Below are positions 1 to 9,430 of a stretch of 56,681 nucleotides of DNA, piece after piece. The position numbers were made by a program, and so were the translations under genes. Origin of the DNA: an uncultured Micavibrio sp. (GTDB taxonomy: Bacteria > Pseudomonadota > Alphaproteobacteria > Micavibrionales > UBA1664); NCBI GenBank assembly GCA_964350795.1, contig CAYGLI010000004.1:1-56681 (forward strand), in the 5' to 3' direction. Below the pieces are notes generated by a model. That model searched no databases, had not been told where the DNA came from, and worked only from the letters and a program-made list of their open reading frames with translations. Each line of letters starts with the position of its first letter. Position 1 is the stretch's first letter.

Positions 1-139
1 TGTTTTAATAGGTGATTTCATCAGTGAAATTGCATTGATTACATTTCACAAATCCTACCAATCACGCGCACCACCTGTTTTTTCCTAAATCAAATTAAAA
101 ACACATAATTTAATTTCATTTCTTAAAAGGAAAAACAAA

Positions 140-1195
140 ATGAAAAAACTATCTATAGCTGCACTTGCGTGCGCGACACTTTTATCAACACAAACAATGG
201 CTCAGCACCTTAACGTCCCTGCATGCACCGACTGTCATGTCAATTTATCACCAAAGGGCATCATGAGCGACCACCTGCATAAACCAGGCGAATATATGCT
301 CTCTTACACATTCATGCGCATGGATATGGGTGGTAACCGTAATGGAACGGATAGCCTGTCCCCTGAAGAAGTTATCACATTCGCCAACCCCAATGCCGGC
401 CCCGCCAATTTGCGTGTTGTGCCAACCGACATGACAATGGATATGCATATGCTTGGCGGTATGGTCGGTATTACAGATTGGCTAACGGGTATGGTGATGG
501 TGAATTATTTGGATAATTCTATGGATCACATTACATTCAACATGGCGGGAACAGCACGCGTTGGTGAATTCACAACCGAGAGCTCAGGATTTGGTGATAC
601 CGAAGTTGGCGGTATATTCTCACTCTATAAAAACGGTGCCCATGGATTAAACGGTCAATTATCCCTTTCATTACCAACAGGTTCAATTAATGAAACCGAT
701 GATGTTTTAACACCGATGGGCACACGCCCAACATTACGTTTGCCATATATGATGCAATTGGGAACGGGAACATATGATGTGCGCCCTGCCCTGACATACA
801 CTTACCTGACCAATGATTGGACATTTGGCGGGTCATATAATGCGCGATTGCATATGGGGCGTAATAACGAAGGATACACGCGTGGTGATTGGCATGAGGT
901 CACCACATGGGCAGGATATCAATTTGATGACACTTTGGGCGTGTCATCATCATTGTCATTTCGAACCGAGGATAAAATTGATGGTGCAGACACGCAAATC
1001 ACAGCGCCCGTTCAAACCGCCGATCCCGATAATTATGGCGGTGAAACAATTCACCTTGGTTTGAATGCAGGATGGAAATTTTATGATCAACATACCGTTA
1101 AGGCGGGTGTATCCATTCCCCTCTACCAAGATTTGAATGGACCACAAATGGAAGATGATTACGCGTTCAGCCTAAGATGGCAGAATTCGTTCTAA
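140..1195 (+). CDS. Outer-membrane beta-barrel protein, COG4313/MetA-pathway-like transporter family (putative)
   Basis: 351-aa ORF with Sec signal peptide MKKLSIAALACATLLSTQTMA. LPTG and GTGTYD motifs and an amphipathic strand pattern are present. The C-terminus ...RWQNSF ends in Phe, as in OM barrels. An AAGGA run lies about 10 nt upstream of the ATG. Confidence 0.55.
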   Translation: MKKLSIAALACATLLSTQTMAQHLNVPACTDCHVNLSPKGIMSDHLHKPGEYMLSYTFMRMDMGGNRNGTDSLSPEEVITFANPNAGPANLRVVPTDMTMDMHMLGGMVGITDWLTGMVMVNYLDNSMDHITFNMAGTARVGEFTTESSGFGDTEVGGIFSLYKNGAHGLNGQLSLSLPTGSINETDDVLTPMGTRPTLRLPYMMQLGTGTYDVRPALTYTYLTNDWTFGGSYNARLHMGRNNEGYTRGDWHEVTTWAGYQFDDTLGVSSSLSFRTEDKIDGADTQITAPVQTADPDNYGGETIHLGLNAGWKFYDQHTVKAGVSIPLYQDLNGPQMEDDYAFSLRWQNSF

Positions 1196-1794
1196 TCTCC
1201 CAATTCACTATCCCAATATAGAAAATCCCCCCAGCTTTCGTGAAGGAAGTTCGGGGGGAATTTTTTACCATTGCGTTGTAATTCATAGATGGTGGGTTGT
1301 CTTGGCGATTTTTTTGGATGCATTCCGCAATCTTTTGGTAATTTGTTCCCCTTCACACTGTTGCAATGGCGACACGCCGTGACGATATTGTCCCAACTTG
1401 TTCCTCCACCTTTGGATCGGGGGATAACATGGTCGAATGTTAATTGATGGGTTTTATATTCATGGGTGCAATATTGGCATTCCCATTCGTCGCGTAAGAA
1501 AACATTAAACCTTGTGAAAGCAGGATGTTCAGATTGAGGAATAAATTCTTTTAATGCCAAGACTGATGGCAATTTAATATCAATCGAGGGTGAGCTGACA
1601 ATGCGTTCATATTCACTCACGACAACGGCGCTGTCGCGAAACACGGCCTTAATGGCGTCTTGCCATGACCAAATAGACAGCGGAAAATAGGATAGAGGCC
1701 GATAGTCGGCGTTGAGAATAAGCGCAGGATAGTTTTGCAGGGAGTCCGTATCATGATTAAGAAATCTGTCATATGATTCGGGCTCTATATACAT
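1192..1794 (-). CDS. HNH endonuclease family protein
   Basis: 200-aa ORF with the HNH/zinc-ribbon core CQYC...FDHVIPRSKGGGTSWDNIVTACRHCNSVKGNK. Its stop overlaps the convergent barrel gene by 4 nt. Confidence 0.8.
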   Translation of the reverse strand: MYIEPESYDRFLNHDTDSLQNYPALILNADYRPLSYFPLSIWSWQDAIKAVFRDSAVVVSEYERIVSSPSIDIKLPSVLALKEFIPQSEHPAFTRFNVFLRDEWECQYCTHEYKTHQLTFDHVIPRSKGGGTSWDNIVTACRHCNSVKGNKLPKDCGMHPKKSPRQPTIYELQRNGKKFPPNFLHESWGDFLYWDSELGD

Positions 1795-1940
1795 GATTTA
1801 CCGCCGCGCCCTGATGGGGATGAGCCTTGCCTGAACGGGCTTATACGGGGTTAACCACATGATGACACTATAAAAATATGGTTTATAATTCATAATATAT
1901 TATAGCATAATTGGATAAAAATAGCTAGTTACAGCATTCT

Positions 1941-2046
1941 TGTCATTCCCTGAATTTGCAAAGCAAATTATAAGGGAAACTGTGCCTCTGCCGTCCAACC
2001 AACAGAATGGATTACCCGAACAAGTCGGGTAATGACAAAATTCAGG
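1941..2046. repeat. Palindromic MITE-like element, long variant with TGTCATT/AATGACA termini
   Basis: Termini tgtcattccc...gggtaatgaca match the ends of the 74-bp family. Internal hairpins are ttccctgaatttgc/gcaaatt..agggaa and attacccga/tcgggtaat. The outer pair is cctgaattt (1949-1957) with aaattcagg (2038-2046). Confidence 0.5.
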
Positions 2047-2228
2047 TGAAATCCCTACCCAACAACGATAGTTAATACCGCGAAAATACAGCCGTAAAAT
2101 GTGAAAAACTCCACCGCTTCACGTGGTGTTTTTGTGTTTTTAAAATCAAATAAATGCTTAAACATGACTCAAACCCTCTCTCTGTAAGGGTTTGATAGCA
2201 GGTTAAGGACATATAATGCAAGTTTTAT

Positions 2229-2525
2229 TTATGCAATTTTCTGGATACGAGGTTGTTTACGTCTGACAACGTGCGTTTCTTGTGGAATAACTACCCCAGA
2301 AGGCACTGATGTCGGATCGCCGACCCCAACCTGAACGACCGCCAAATCATCTATTCCAGATTGCACCGCAAGACTCATTATTTTAGATAGCTTTTCATCA
2401 GTGGGATAGTTTGTTAGTACAGTATGTGGATGAATTTGATGCTCTGATGTTCCTTTTATATCGGATAATGCAGCCTCTTTCAAATCGCCTTTTGCATCAA
2501 TCTGTAATATTTTCAATTTTGTCAT
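2229..2525 (-). CDS. Hypothetical protein (98 aa)
   Basis: This is the only long ORF in the interval. I recognise no motif, and no clear signal peptide is present. Confidence 0.35.
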   Translation of the reverse strand: MTKLKILQIDAKGDLKEAALSDIKGTSEHQIHPHTVLTNYPTDEKLSKIMSLAVQSGIDDLAVVQVGVGDPTSVPSGVVIPQETHVVRRKQPRIQKIA

Positions 2526-2586
2526 TTTCTTTTCTTTCTTAATTTTAAAATTATCACCCTGTTTTTCGAAAATTCTGTTTTTAAAT

Positions 2587-2612
2587 AAACAAAAACCCCG
2601 AAAATCGGGGCT
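2587..2612 (-). terminator. Rho-independent terminator downstream of the LysE-family gene
   Basis: Hairpin ccccga-aaa-tcgggg (2596-2610). On the minus strand it is followed by TTTTTGTTTATTT. Confidence 0.6.
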
Positions 2613-2788
2613 TGTTATTGTTTCGTTATGGTTTTTCTAAATCACATATACTTAACAACAGCCCCTTGCGGTAAACTGCCAAAAATAGAAAAAGTTAAAA
2701 TATGTGTTTTGTTGAACCATGAGACAAGCATAACAATATCAGTTTATAAAAAGCAACATAAAAATTATGGGAATCGTAAGTTTTTTTT

Positions 2789-3415
2789 CTAATTCAACTT
2801 CTCGGACGCGATTTTTAAACCTAAACCGATAAACATTACACCCGTCACGCGGTCAATCCATATGGATATGGCGGATAATTTTGCGCGGATTTTGGCTTGG
2901 GTTAATGTGAGACTCACGATTGAAAACCATCCCATCACCATGATTGCGATGGATGTGCCATAGATTAATTGCCATGATAATGGGGTGTCTGGGCGAATAA
3001 CCTGTGTGAACAATGCCAAGAAAAACAATGTTGCCTTTGGGTTTAAAACATTCGTGATGAACCCTTCAACGAATGACTGAGTCAATGACTTGGTTTTATT
3101 TTTCGCCTTTTCAACGTTCATTTCCCATCCTTTGGATCGCAAGGCCATAACGCCCATATAAATTAAATAGGCCGCGCCGATATATTTTATGATGTTAAAA
3201 ATAATGATGGATTGAGAGATAATCAACGCAATCCCCAAAACGGAATAGGCCACATGCACAAATATCGCGCACCCAATCCCAATTGCCGTGGCAATCCCCG
3301 ATGCGCGCCCTACCCCCAACGCATTACGCATCGTCACCAAAAAATCCGGCCCCGGCGACGCCATGGCGATAAAGGTAACGGAGACGATGATGATGTATGT
3401 TGAGATGAAGTCCAT
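2789..3415 (-). CDS. LysE/RhtB family amino-acid efflux translocator
   Basis: 208 aa, about 6 TM segments, and an N-terminal ASPGPDFLVT motif typical of LysE/RhtB. Confidence 0.85.
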   Translation of the reverse strand: MDFISTYIIIVSVTFIAMASPGPDFLVTMRNALGVGRASGIATAIGIGCAIFVHVAYSVLGIALIISQSIIIFNIIKYIGAAYLIYMGVMALRSKGWEMNVEKAKNKTKSLTQSFVEGFITNVLNPKATLFFLALFTQVIRPDTPLSWQLIYGTSIAIMVMGWFSIVSLTLTQAKIRAKLSAISIWIDRVTGVMFIGLGLKIASEKLN

Positions 3416-3500
3416 GGGTTAACTTTCAGATTTTACAATTAAATATTGACGTATTTAAATTAATTGTTTAACTAATTAAAAAACAATAAAAAACTATCAC

Positions 3501-4856
3501 ATGTATAAGAAAATAAAAAAACAAAACGGTGAACGCTTTGCTCAGGCCGTACGAAATCACCACAATGGAATTTTTGAAATTCCAGATATTGATGTGATAT
3601 TAAAGTACGCTGGCCGAGAAACCACACCATTATTGCTCAACTATTTGGTGAGTAAAATGCCCATTAATGAACAAAAAACACTACCGAAAAAACGACAAAA
3701 TCCTTTTAAGTTATTAAAAAAAGCTGGTTATAAAGCCTTTTTGGCAGATACATTAGAAAAACAAAATAGCATAAAATCATATTTTAGGCGGGACGAGTTA
3801 TTATGCACGTTTAACAACAAAGCTCGGTTTCAACGTAATTACGTCATACATGCCATAAGACATGATGCAAGCGATCTTGTCCGTAGGGATTTTAATGGTG
3901 TTGAAAGCCGTCAGGACGCCTATGGCACATCAGTTATATCAATTCAAATGTTTAAAGACGGTGGATTCATTAGTATAAAAAATCGCTATAATCATACTGT
4001 TCCAGGATGCGATCATACATTTGATAGCAATCCAGATAATATTATTGACGGCCTATCCGATGCTCTTAAAACATATTTTAATGTTGATTTTCATGCGACA
4101 GCTTCGCCGCTTGGTTATGGCTTTGTATTAATGGGGGACAATATTTTTAAATATAATTTTGAAATAAATAATATTTATTATGGCGATCAGGCATGGGCCG
4201 AAAATGGCCAGGTGCATGCCGTCAATAAGAGTGCAGGCGATGCATTATTTGAAGGATTTTTATTTTCTAATAAAACAAAAAAATTAATCAAAATTGATAC
4301 ACAATCAAAAGATAGTTTTGCGGATGATTTTAACGCGTGCTATGGCGGAAACTCTTTATTAAATGTACGTAAAGGTAGCCTTTTTTTAGGTGATCACTGT
4401 TTAATTAATGCAGAATGCTCAGAAATTAAAGAACTTGATTTACCCGATTTGGAAATAATGGGTAACAACAGTCTTTATCGTGTCCCTGCCCTTGTCACCT
4501 TTAATGCGCCTAATCTTAAATCAATGGGCAAACAATGCTTGCAAAACACACCTTCTCTGAAATATTTTAGGTGTGAATCTCTCGAAAAAATGAAGAATAA
4601 ATGCCTTCAAAACACACGTATTCTTGATATTTTCTGTACGCCAAATTTAAAATACATGAGTTTTGGCTGCCTTGAAAACACATCCTCCATCTCTCAATTT
4701 TATGCCCCAACGCTTGTTAAAATGGGTGGAAAATGTCTCTTGAAAGTAAAAGAAATCAAACAATTAAACACATCATCATTGGCAACATACCCCCGATATC
4801 TAGAAAAAATAATTCCTAGAAATTCAAGAAAAACATCAATCCTTAGGCCACAGTAG
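3501..4856 (+). CDS. Hypothetical protein with C-terminal BspA-type leucine-rich repeats
   Basis: 451-aa ORF. Residues ~296-428 (nt ~4386-4784) form 5-6 repeats of ~23 aa (L..L..MG..CLQNT..L..F..P.). I do not recognise the N-terminal ~290 aa. The gene is visibly more A+T-rich than its neighbours and has no clear SD. Confidence 0.6.
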   Translation: MYKKIKKQNGERFAQAVRNHHNGIFEIPDIDVILKYAGRETTPLLLNYLVSKMPINEQKTLPKKRQNPFKLLKKAGYKAFLADTLEKQNSIKSYFRRDELLCTFNNKARFQRNYVIHAIRHDASDLVRRDFNGVESRQDAYGTSVISIQMFKDGGFISIKNRYNHTVPGCDHTFDSNPDNIIDGLSDALKTYFNVDFHATASPLGYGFVLMGDNIFKYNFEINNIYYGDQAWAENGQVHAVNKSAGDALFEGFLFSNKTKKLIKIDTQSKDSFADDFNACYGGNSLLNVRKGSLFLGDHCLINAECSEIKELDLPDLEIMGNNSLYRVPALVTFNAPNLKSMGKQCLQNTPSLKYFRCESLEKMKNKCLQNTRILDIFCTPNLKYMSFGCLENTSSISQFYAPTLVKMGGKCLLKVKEIKQLNTSSLATYPRYLEKIIPRNSRKTSILRPQ

Positions 4857-4859
4857 TTT

Positions 4860-7466
4860 CTAATCTTCTATTGGCGTTTGTTCACCATCAACCGCTTCCA
4901 AAACTTCCTCTTCTTCATCATGATCCTCAATCAACCATGCGACTGACACAACCTTTTCACCTTTACCAACTGTGAATAATTTCACACCTTGGGTTGAACG
5001 GCCGATGATGCGGACGTCCTTGATTGGGGTACGGATTGTTGTTCCGCCATCGGTGACCAACATCACCTGATGATCGTCCGTGACGGGGAATGATGCAACG
5101 ACGGCGCCCGTTTTATCGGTGACATCCATGTTTTTGACACCCGATCCACCACGACCCGTGGTGCGATAATCGTTGGAGGATGTCCGTTTCCCGTATCCGT
5201 TTTCGGCGACACTAAGGATGAATTCTTCTTCCTCGCGTTTCAACACGGACATGGTCATGATTTCATCACCCTTGGTTAGTTTCATACCGCGAACACCCGT
5301 TGAATTACGCCCCGCGAACACGCGGATATCTTCGACATTAAAGCGCATGGCCTTGCCCATTTTCGATGCCAAGAAGATGTCTTCGCCTTCCTTACAGATT
5401 TTGACGGACACAAGCTGTTCGCCCTCGCCCAATTTCATCGCGATTAACCCGTTGGAACGAATATTGGCGAAATCAGACATTTTGTTTCGGCGAACCGACC
5501 CATGAGAGGTACAGAACATCAAGTCTAGATTTTCCCAAATATCCTCGTCTTCAGGTGTGCGCAGATAAACTTTCACCGTTTCACCCTGTTCAATCGGTAA
5601 TAAATTCACCATGGCCTTCCCTTTGGATGTTGGTGACCCCAACGGCAATTGCCATACCTTCATCTTGTGAACAATTCCACGCGATGTGAAAAACAAAATT
5701 GGCGTGTGGGTTGACGCGACAAACAAATCAGATACGAAATCTTCATCCTTTGTCGTCATAGCATTACGCCCCTTACCACCACGGCGTTGGGCACGATATG
5801 TATCCAATGGAACACGTTTAACGTACCCTTGGCTTGTGATTGTCACCACCATATCTTCGCGTTGAATGAGGGATTCAATATCGCTTTCAAATTCAGCTTC
5901 GATAATTTCAGTGCGGCGTTCAAAACCAAATTTTTCTTTAACCTCTTCCAATTCCCGAACCAGAACCTCGAGCATCAATTCGCGATTAGCCAAAATTGAT
6001 AGGTAATACGCAATTGCATCAGTGATTTCCTTTAATTCATCACCAATTTTATCACGTTCCAACCCAGTTAATTTATGCAGGCGTAAATCCAAGATTGCGC
6101 GTGCCTGAATTTCGGATAATTGATACGTACCATCTTCTTCAACATAATATTCAGGGTCATCGATTAACTCGATCATCGGCGCAATCCCATGTGCCGCCCA
6201 TCGTTTCGCCATTAATTGTTCGCGTGCATCCGTTGGTGAGGGTGCATTTCGAATAAGGGCAATCACCTCGTCAATATTGGCAACCGCAACACCAAGACCG
6301 GCCAATACATGCGCCTTATCACGCGCCTTACCTAATTCAAAAATTGTACGGCGTGTAATCACAACCTCTCGGAATTCAACAAATGCCTTCACAAAATCAC
6401 GCAATGTAAATGTACGCGGGCGACCATGGTCAAGCGCCAGCATATTGCAACCAAATGACGTTTGGAGCGGTGTAAATTTAAATAGCTGGTTTAAGACAAC
6501 CTCGTTATGCGCATCTTTTTTAAGCTCGATAACCATCCGCACACCATCACGGTCGGATTCATCACGCAAGTCGGCAATGCCTTCGACTTGTTTGTCACGC
6601 ACCAATTCGGCAATCCGTTCCATCAGGCGTGATTTATTCACCTGATAGGGAATTTCATGCACGATGATGGCTTGTCGGCCTGACTTTACCTCTTCAAACG
6701 TTGTTTTGGCACGCATTTTAACGGAACCATTCCCCGTCGTATACGCGGACTTAATGCCAATACGACCAAGGATATATCCACCCGTTGGAAAATCTGGCCC
6801 TTTAATAATTTCGTTTAATTCCTCAATTGAAATTTCAGGGTTCGCGACATAGGCAATACATCCGTCCACAACCTCGGTTAAATTATGTGGTGGGATGTTC
6901 GTCGCCATACCAACGGCAATACCACCAGCACCATTGACCAACAAATTTGGCACACGTGAGGGCACAACAGACGGTTCCATGATTGATTCGTCATAGTTAG
7001 GGACGAAATCAACGGTATCTTTATCGATATCCTCTAATAACGCCTCACCCGCCTTATCCAAACGCGCCTCAGTATAACGCATCGCGGCTGGCGGATCACC
7101 GTCCATTGACCCAAAGTTTCCTTGTCCATCAACCAACGGTAATGACATCGAGAAATCCTGTGCCATACGCACCATCGAATCGTAAATCGCGCTATCACCA
7201 TGGGGGTGATATTTACCCATCACATCCCCAACCACACGCGCGGATTTTTTATAAGGTTTGGTGGAATCGTATCCACCTTCCTTCATCGCAAACATAATAC
7301 GGCGGTGAACGGGTTTTAAACCATCACGCGCATCAGGCAACGCACGCGACACAATCACGCTCATGGCGTAATCGAGGTAAGATTTTTTCATCTCATCCTC
7401 TAGGTAAACTGTTGGAAATTGCTCGCCCGTTGGTGGGGTTGTGTTATCATTGATATCGTCGGTCAT
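4860..7466 (-). CDS. gyrA: DNA gyrase subunit A
   Basis: 868 aa. N-terminus ...[27 protein letters not shown], GyrA-box QRRGGKG, and an acidic C-terminal tail. Confidence 0.97.
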   Translation of the reverse strand: MTDDINDNTTPPTGEQFPTVYLEDEMKKSYLDYAMSVIVSRALPDARDGLKPVHRRIMFAMKEGGYDSTKPYKKSARVVGDVMGKYHPHGDSAIYDSMVRMAQDFSMSLPLVDGQGNFGSMDGDPPAAMRYTEARLDKAGEALLEDIDKDTVDFVPNYDESIMEPSVVPSRVPNLLVNGAGGIAVGMATNIPPHNLTEVVDGCIAYVANPEISIEELNEIIKGPDFPTGGYILGRIGIKSAYTTGNGSVKMRAKTTFEEVKSGRQAIIVHEIPYQVNKSRLMERIAELVRDKQVEGIADLRDESDRDGVRMVIELKKDAHNEVVLNQLFKFTPLQTSFGCNMLALDHGRPRTFTLRDFVKAFVEFREVVITRRTIFELGKARDKAHVLAGLGVAVANIDEVIALIRNAPSPTDAREQLMAKRWAAHGIAPMIELIDDPEYYVEEDGTYQLSEIQARAILDLRLHKLTGLERDKIGDELKEITDAIAYYLSILANRELMLEVLVRELEEVKEKFGFERRTEIIEAEFESDIESLIQREDMVVTITSQGYVKRVPLDTYRAQRRGGKGRNAMTTKDEDFVSDLFVASTHTPILFFTSRGIVHKMKVWQLPLGSPTSKGKAMVNLLPIEQGETVKVYLRTPEDEDIWENLDLMFCTSHGSVRRNKMSDFANIRSNGLIAMKLGEGEQLVSVKICKEGEDIFLASKMGKAMRFNVEDIRVFAGRNSTGVRGMKLTKGDEIMTMSVLKREEEEFILSVAENGYGKRTSSNDYRTTGRGGSGVKNMDVTDKTGAVVASFPVTDDHQVMLVTDGGTTIRTPIKDVRIIGRSTQGVKLFTVGKGEKVVSVAWLIEDHDEEEEVLEAVDGEQTPIED

Positions 7467-7564
7467 AATATGATTTGCCTTGCTGTATTTTTAACACCTT
7501 AATATAGCGGTTTACACCAACAAACACAAAGGGTTTAAGGGTTTTTATGCACAGACGGATTGAT

Positions 7565-7593
7565 ATAAAAAAACCGCCATAAAGGCGGTTTTT
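7565..7593 (-). terminator. Rho-independent terminator (bidirectional shape) after the 131-aa ORF
   Basis: Hairpin aaaccgcc-ataaa-ggcggttt (7571-7591), flanked by an A-run on one side and a T-run on the other. Confidence 0.6.
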
Positions 7594-7613
7594 AGAATTT
7601 TATATATTAAAAT

Positions 7614-8009
7614 TTAGTTTTGAATGTCTGCTTCAACTTCAGCTTCGATTTCATCAACTGTGTTTTGCATTGTGTTGATTGTTTCGTCAGCTGTCGCCTC
7701 TACTTCACCTGCTGCTGGTTCAATCATTTCTTCAGCAACATCACCTGCTTCTAAAACTTCAGTCACGGCTGCTTCGTATGTCTCTTCAACTGTTTGTTGA
7801 GCGTCAGCAGCCAACTCCTGTGCGCCATCGATTGTTGTTTGTGTTGTCTCTTCAACAGTGTTTGCAACATCTGATACAAATGTTGATGTCGTCTCACCAA
7901 GATTAGCTAAAACATTTTCTGCTTTGTCACCTTGATCGCTTGTTAAAATACCGAAACCAACCAATGCGGCAATGGCAACAGCACCAATAGTTAAATAAGT
8001 TTTATTCAT
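7614..8009 (-). CDS. Membrane-anchored acidic hypothetical protein
   Basis: 131 aa. One N-terminal TM/signal anchor (LTIGAVAIAALVGFGIL) is followed by an E/T/A-rich low-complexity helix. AGGAGAA lies upstream of the ATG. Confidence 0.5.
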   Translation of the reverse strand: MNKTYLTIGAVAIAALVGFGILTSDQGDKAENVLANLGETTSTFVSDVANTVEETTQTTIDGAQELAADAQQTVEETYEAAVTEVLEAGDVAEEMIEPAAGEVEATADETINTMQNTVDEIEAEVEADIQN

Positions 8010-8074
8010 AAGTTTTCTCCTATTAAAAGTTATGCGCTGTTATCGCACAAATATTTCGTCAATGTCAATTTTTT

Positions 8075-9397
8075 TTATAATCGCCCTATTGAATAATATT
8101 CTATACCCGCTTCTTTCATTTCCGAAGGGTCGTATATATTACGACCATCAAAAATAATTGGTGGATTCATGCTTTTTTTAATAAGGTCGAAATTAACAGC
8201 GCGGAAATTTTTCCATTCGGTCACAATAACCAATGCATCCGCGCCTTTTAGGGCATCATCGCGGTGGTCCATTAAGATTAAATCAGGGCGATCACCATAA
8301 ATGCGTTGGCATTCCTTCATCGCCTCAGGGTCATAAGCCTGAACTGTCGCACCGCGGCTCCATAATTCCTCCATAATCACCCGTGCAGGTGCCTCACGCA
8401 TATCATCCGTATTGGGTTTAAACGCCAATCCCCAAAGTGCGAAGACCTTACCCGATAAATTTTCACCAAATCGTTTTACAATTTTATTCACTAAAACATG
8501 TTTTTGGTTTTCATTGACGGCCTCTACCGCCTCAATAATATGGGCAGGGAAATCATGTTTGCGCGCCGTTGTGGCCAATGCCTTAACATCCTTTGGGAAA
8601 CAAGACCCACCATACCCAACACCTGGGTAAATAAAATGATACCCAATGCGTGCATCAGATCCAACACCACGGCGAACATTTTCAATATCCGCACCAACAT
8701 GTTCGGCAATATTCGCCATTTCATTCATGAATGAAATTTTGGTTGCCAACATTGCGTTTGCGGCATATTTGGTTAATTCGGCTGACCTGATATCCATTTT
8801 TACCAATCGGTCATTACGACGGTTGAATGGCGCGTAGATGTCTTCTAATAATTCTTCTGCGCGTGGATGGTCAAACCCAATCACGATGCGGTCTGGTTTT
8901 TCAAAATCATTAATGGCCGCCCCCTCTTTTAGGAATTCAGGGTTAGACGCCACATAGAATTCAATGATTTCACTGCGTTTATCAAGTGCGTTTTGAATTG
9001 TCTCACGGACAATATCCGCACTCCCCACAGGAACAGTTGATTTTGTAATCACTAATTTGGATGACGTCATATTTTGACCAATGGTATTGGCAACGGCACG
9101 AACCGCCGATAAATCTGCCGACCCATCATCATCAGGCGGTGTTCCCACGGCGATGAAAATCACATCCGCATTATGAATGGCATCAACCGCGTTTGTTGTA
9201 AAATCAAGACGTCCTTCGGCAAAATTTAATTTTATCTTTGCCTCTAAACCAGGTTCATAGATGGGAATAATACCGTTTATTAAACCATCGATTTTGGGTT
9301 GATCCAAATCAACACATAACACATCATGCCCAACATCCGCCAAACACGCACCCGTGACCAACCCAACATACCCAGACCCAAAAATTGTTAATTTCAT
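8075..9397 (-). CDS. ugd: UDP-glucose 6-dehydrogenase
   Basis: 440 aa. Rossmann fold [14 protein letters not shown] and the catalytic GGSCFPKD motif. Confidence 0.93.
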   Translation of the reverse strand: MKLTIFGSGYVGLVTGACLADVGHDVLCVDLDQPKIDGLINGIIPIYEPGLEAKIKLNFAEGRLDFTTNAVDAIHNADVIFIAVGTPPDDDGSADLSAVRAVANTIGQNMTSSKLVITKSTVPVGSADIVRETIQNALDKRSEIIEFYVASNPEFLKEGAAINDFEKPDRIVIGFDHPRAEELLEDIYAPFNRRNDRLVKMDIRSAELTKYAANAMLATKISFMNEMANIAEHVGADIENVRRGVGSDARIGYHFIYPGVGYGGSCFPKDVKALATTARKHDFPAHIIEAVEAVNENQKHVLVNKIVKRFGENLSGKVFALWGLAFKPNTDDMREAPARVIMEELWSRGATVQAYDPEAMKECQRIYGDRPDLILMDHRDDALKGADALVIVTEWKNFRAVNFDLIKKSMNPPIIFDGRNIYDPSEMKEAGIEYYSIGRL

Positions 9398-9430
9398 GAT
9401 GTGGAATTTATCACGGTCTATTGACGAACA

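Noticed and set aside
2055-2165. A 36-codon minus-strand ORF (MFKHLFDFKNTKTPREAVEFFTFYGCIFAVLTIVVG) with a hydrophobic tail
   Set aside because: It could be a small membrane protein. However, it has no convincing RBS, is very short, and lies next to repeat DNA, so support is too weak to call it.
5173-7297. Plus-strand ORFs of 62-122 aa inside gyrA (5173-5505, 5787-5999, 6277-6645, 6664-6852, 7106-7297)
   Set aside because: They lie antisense to a full-length, motif-complete gyrA. Their sequences are low-complexity or Arg/Ser-rich, as is typical of shadow frames. None has an RBS.
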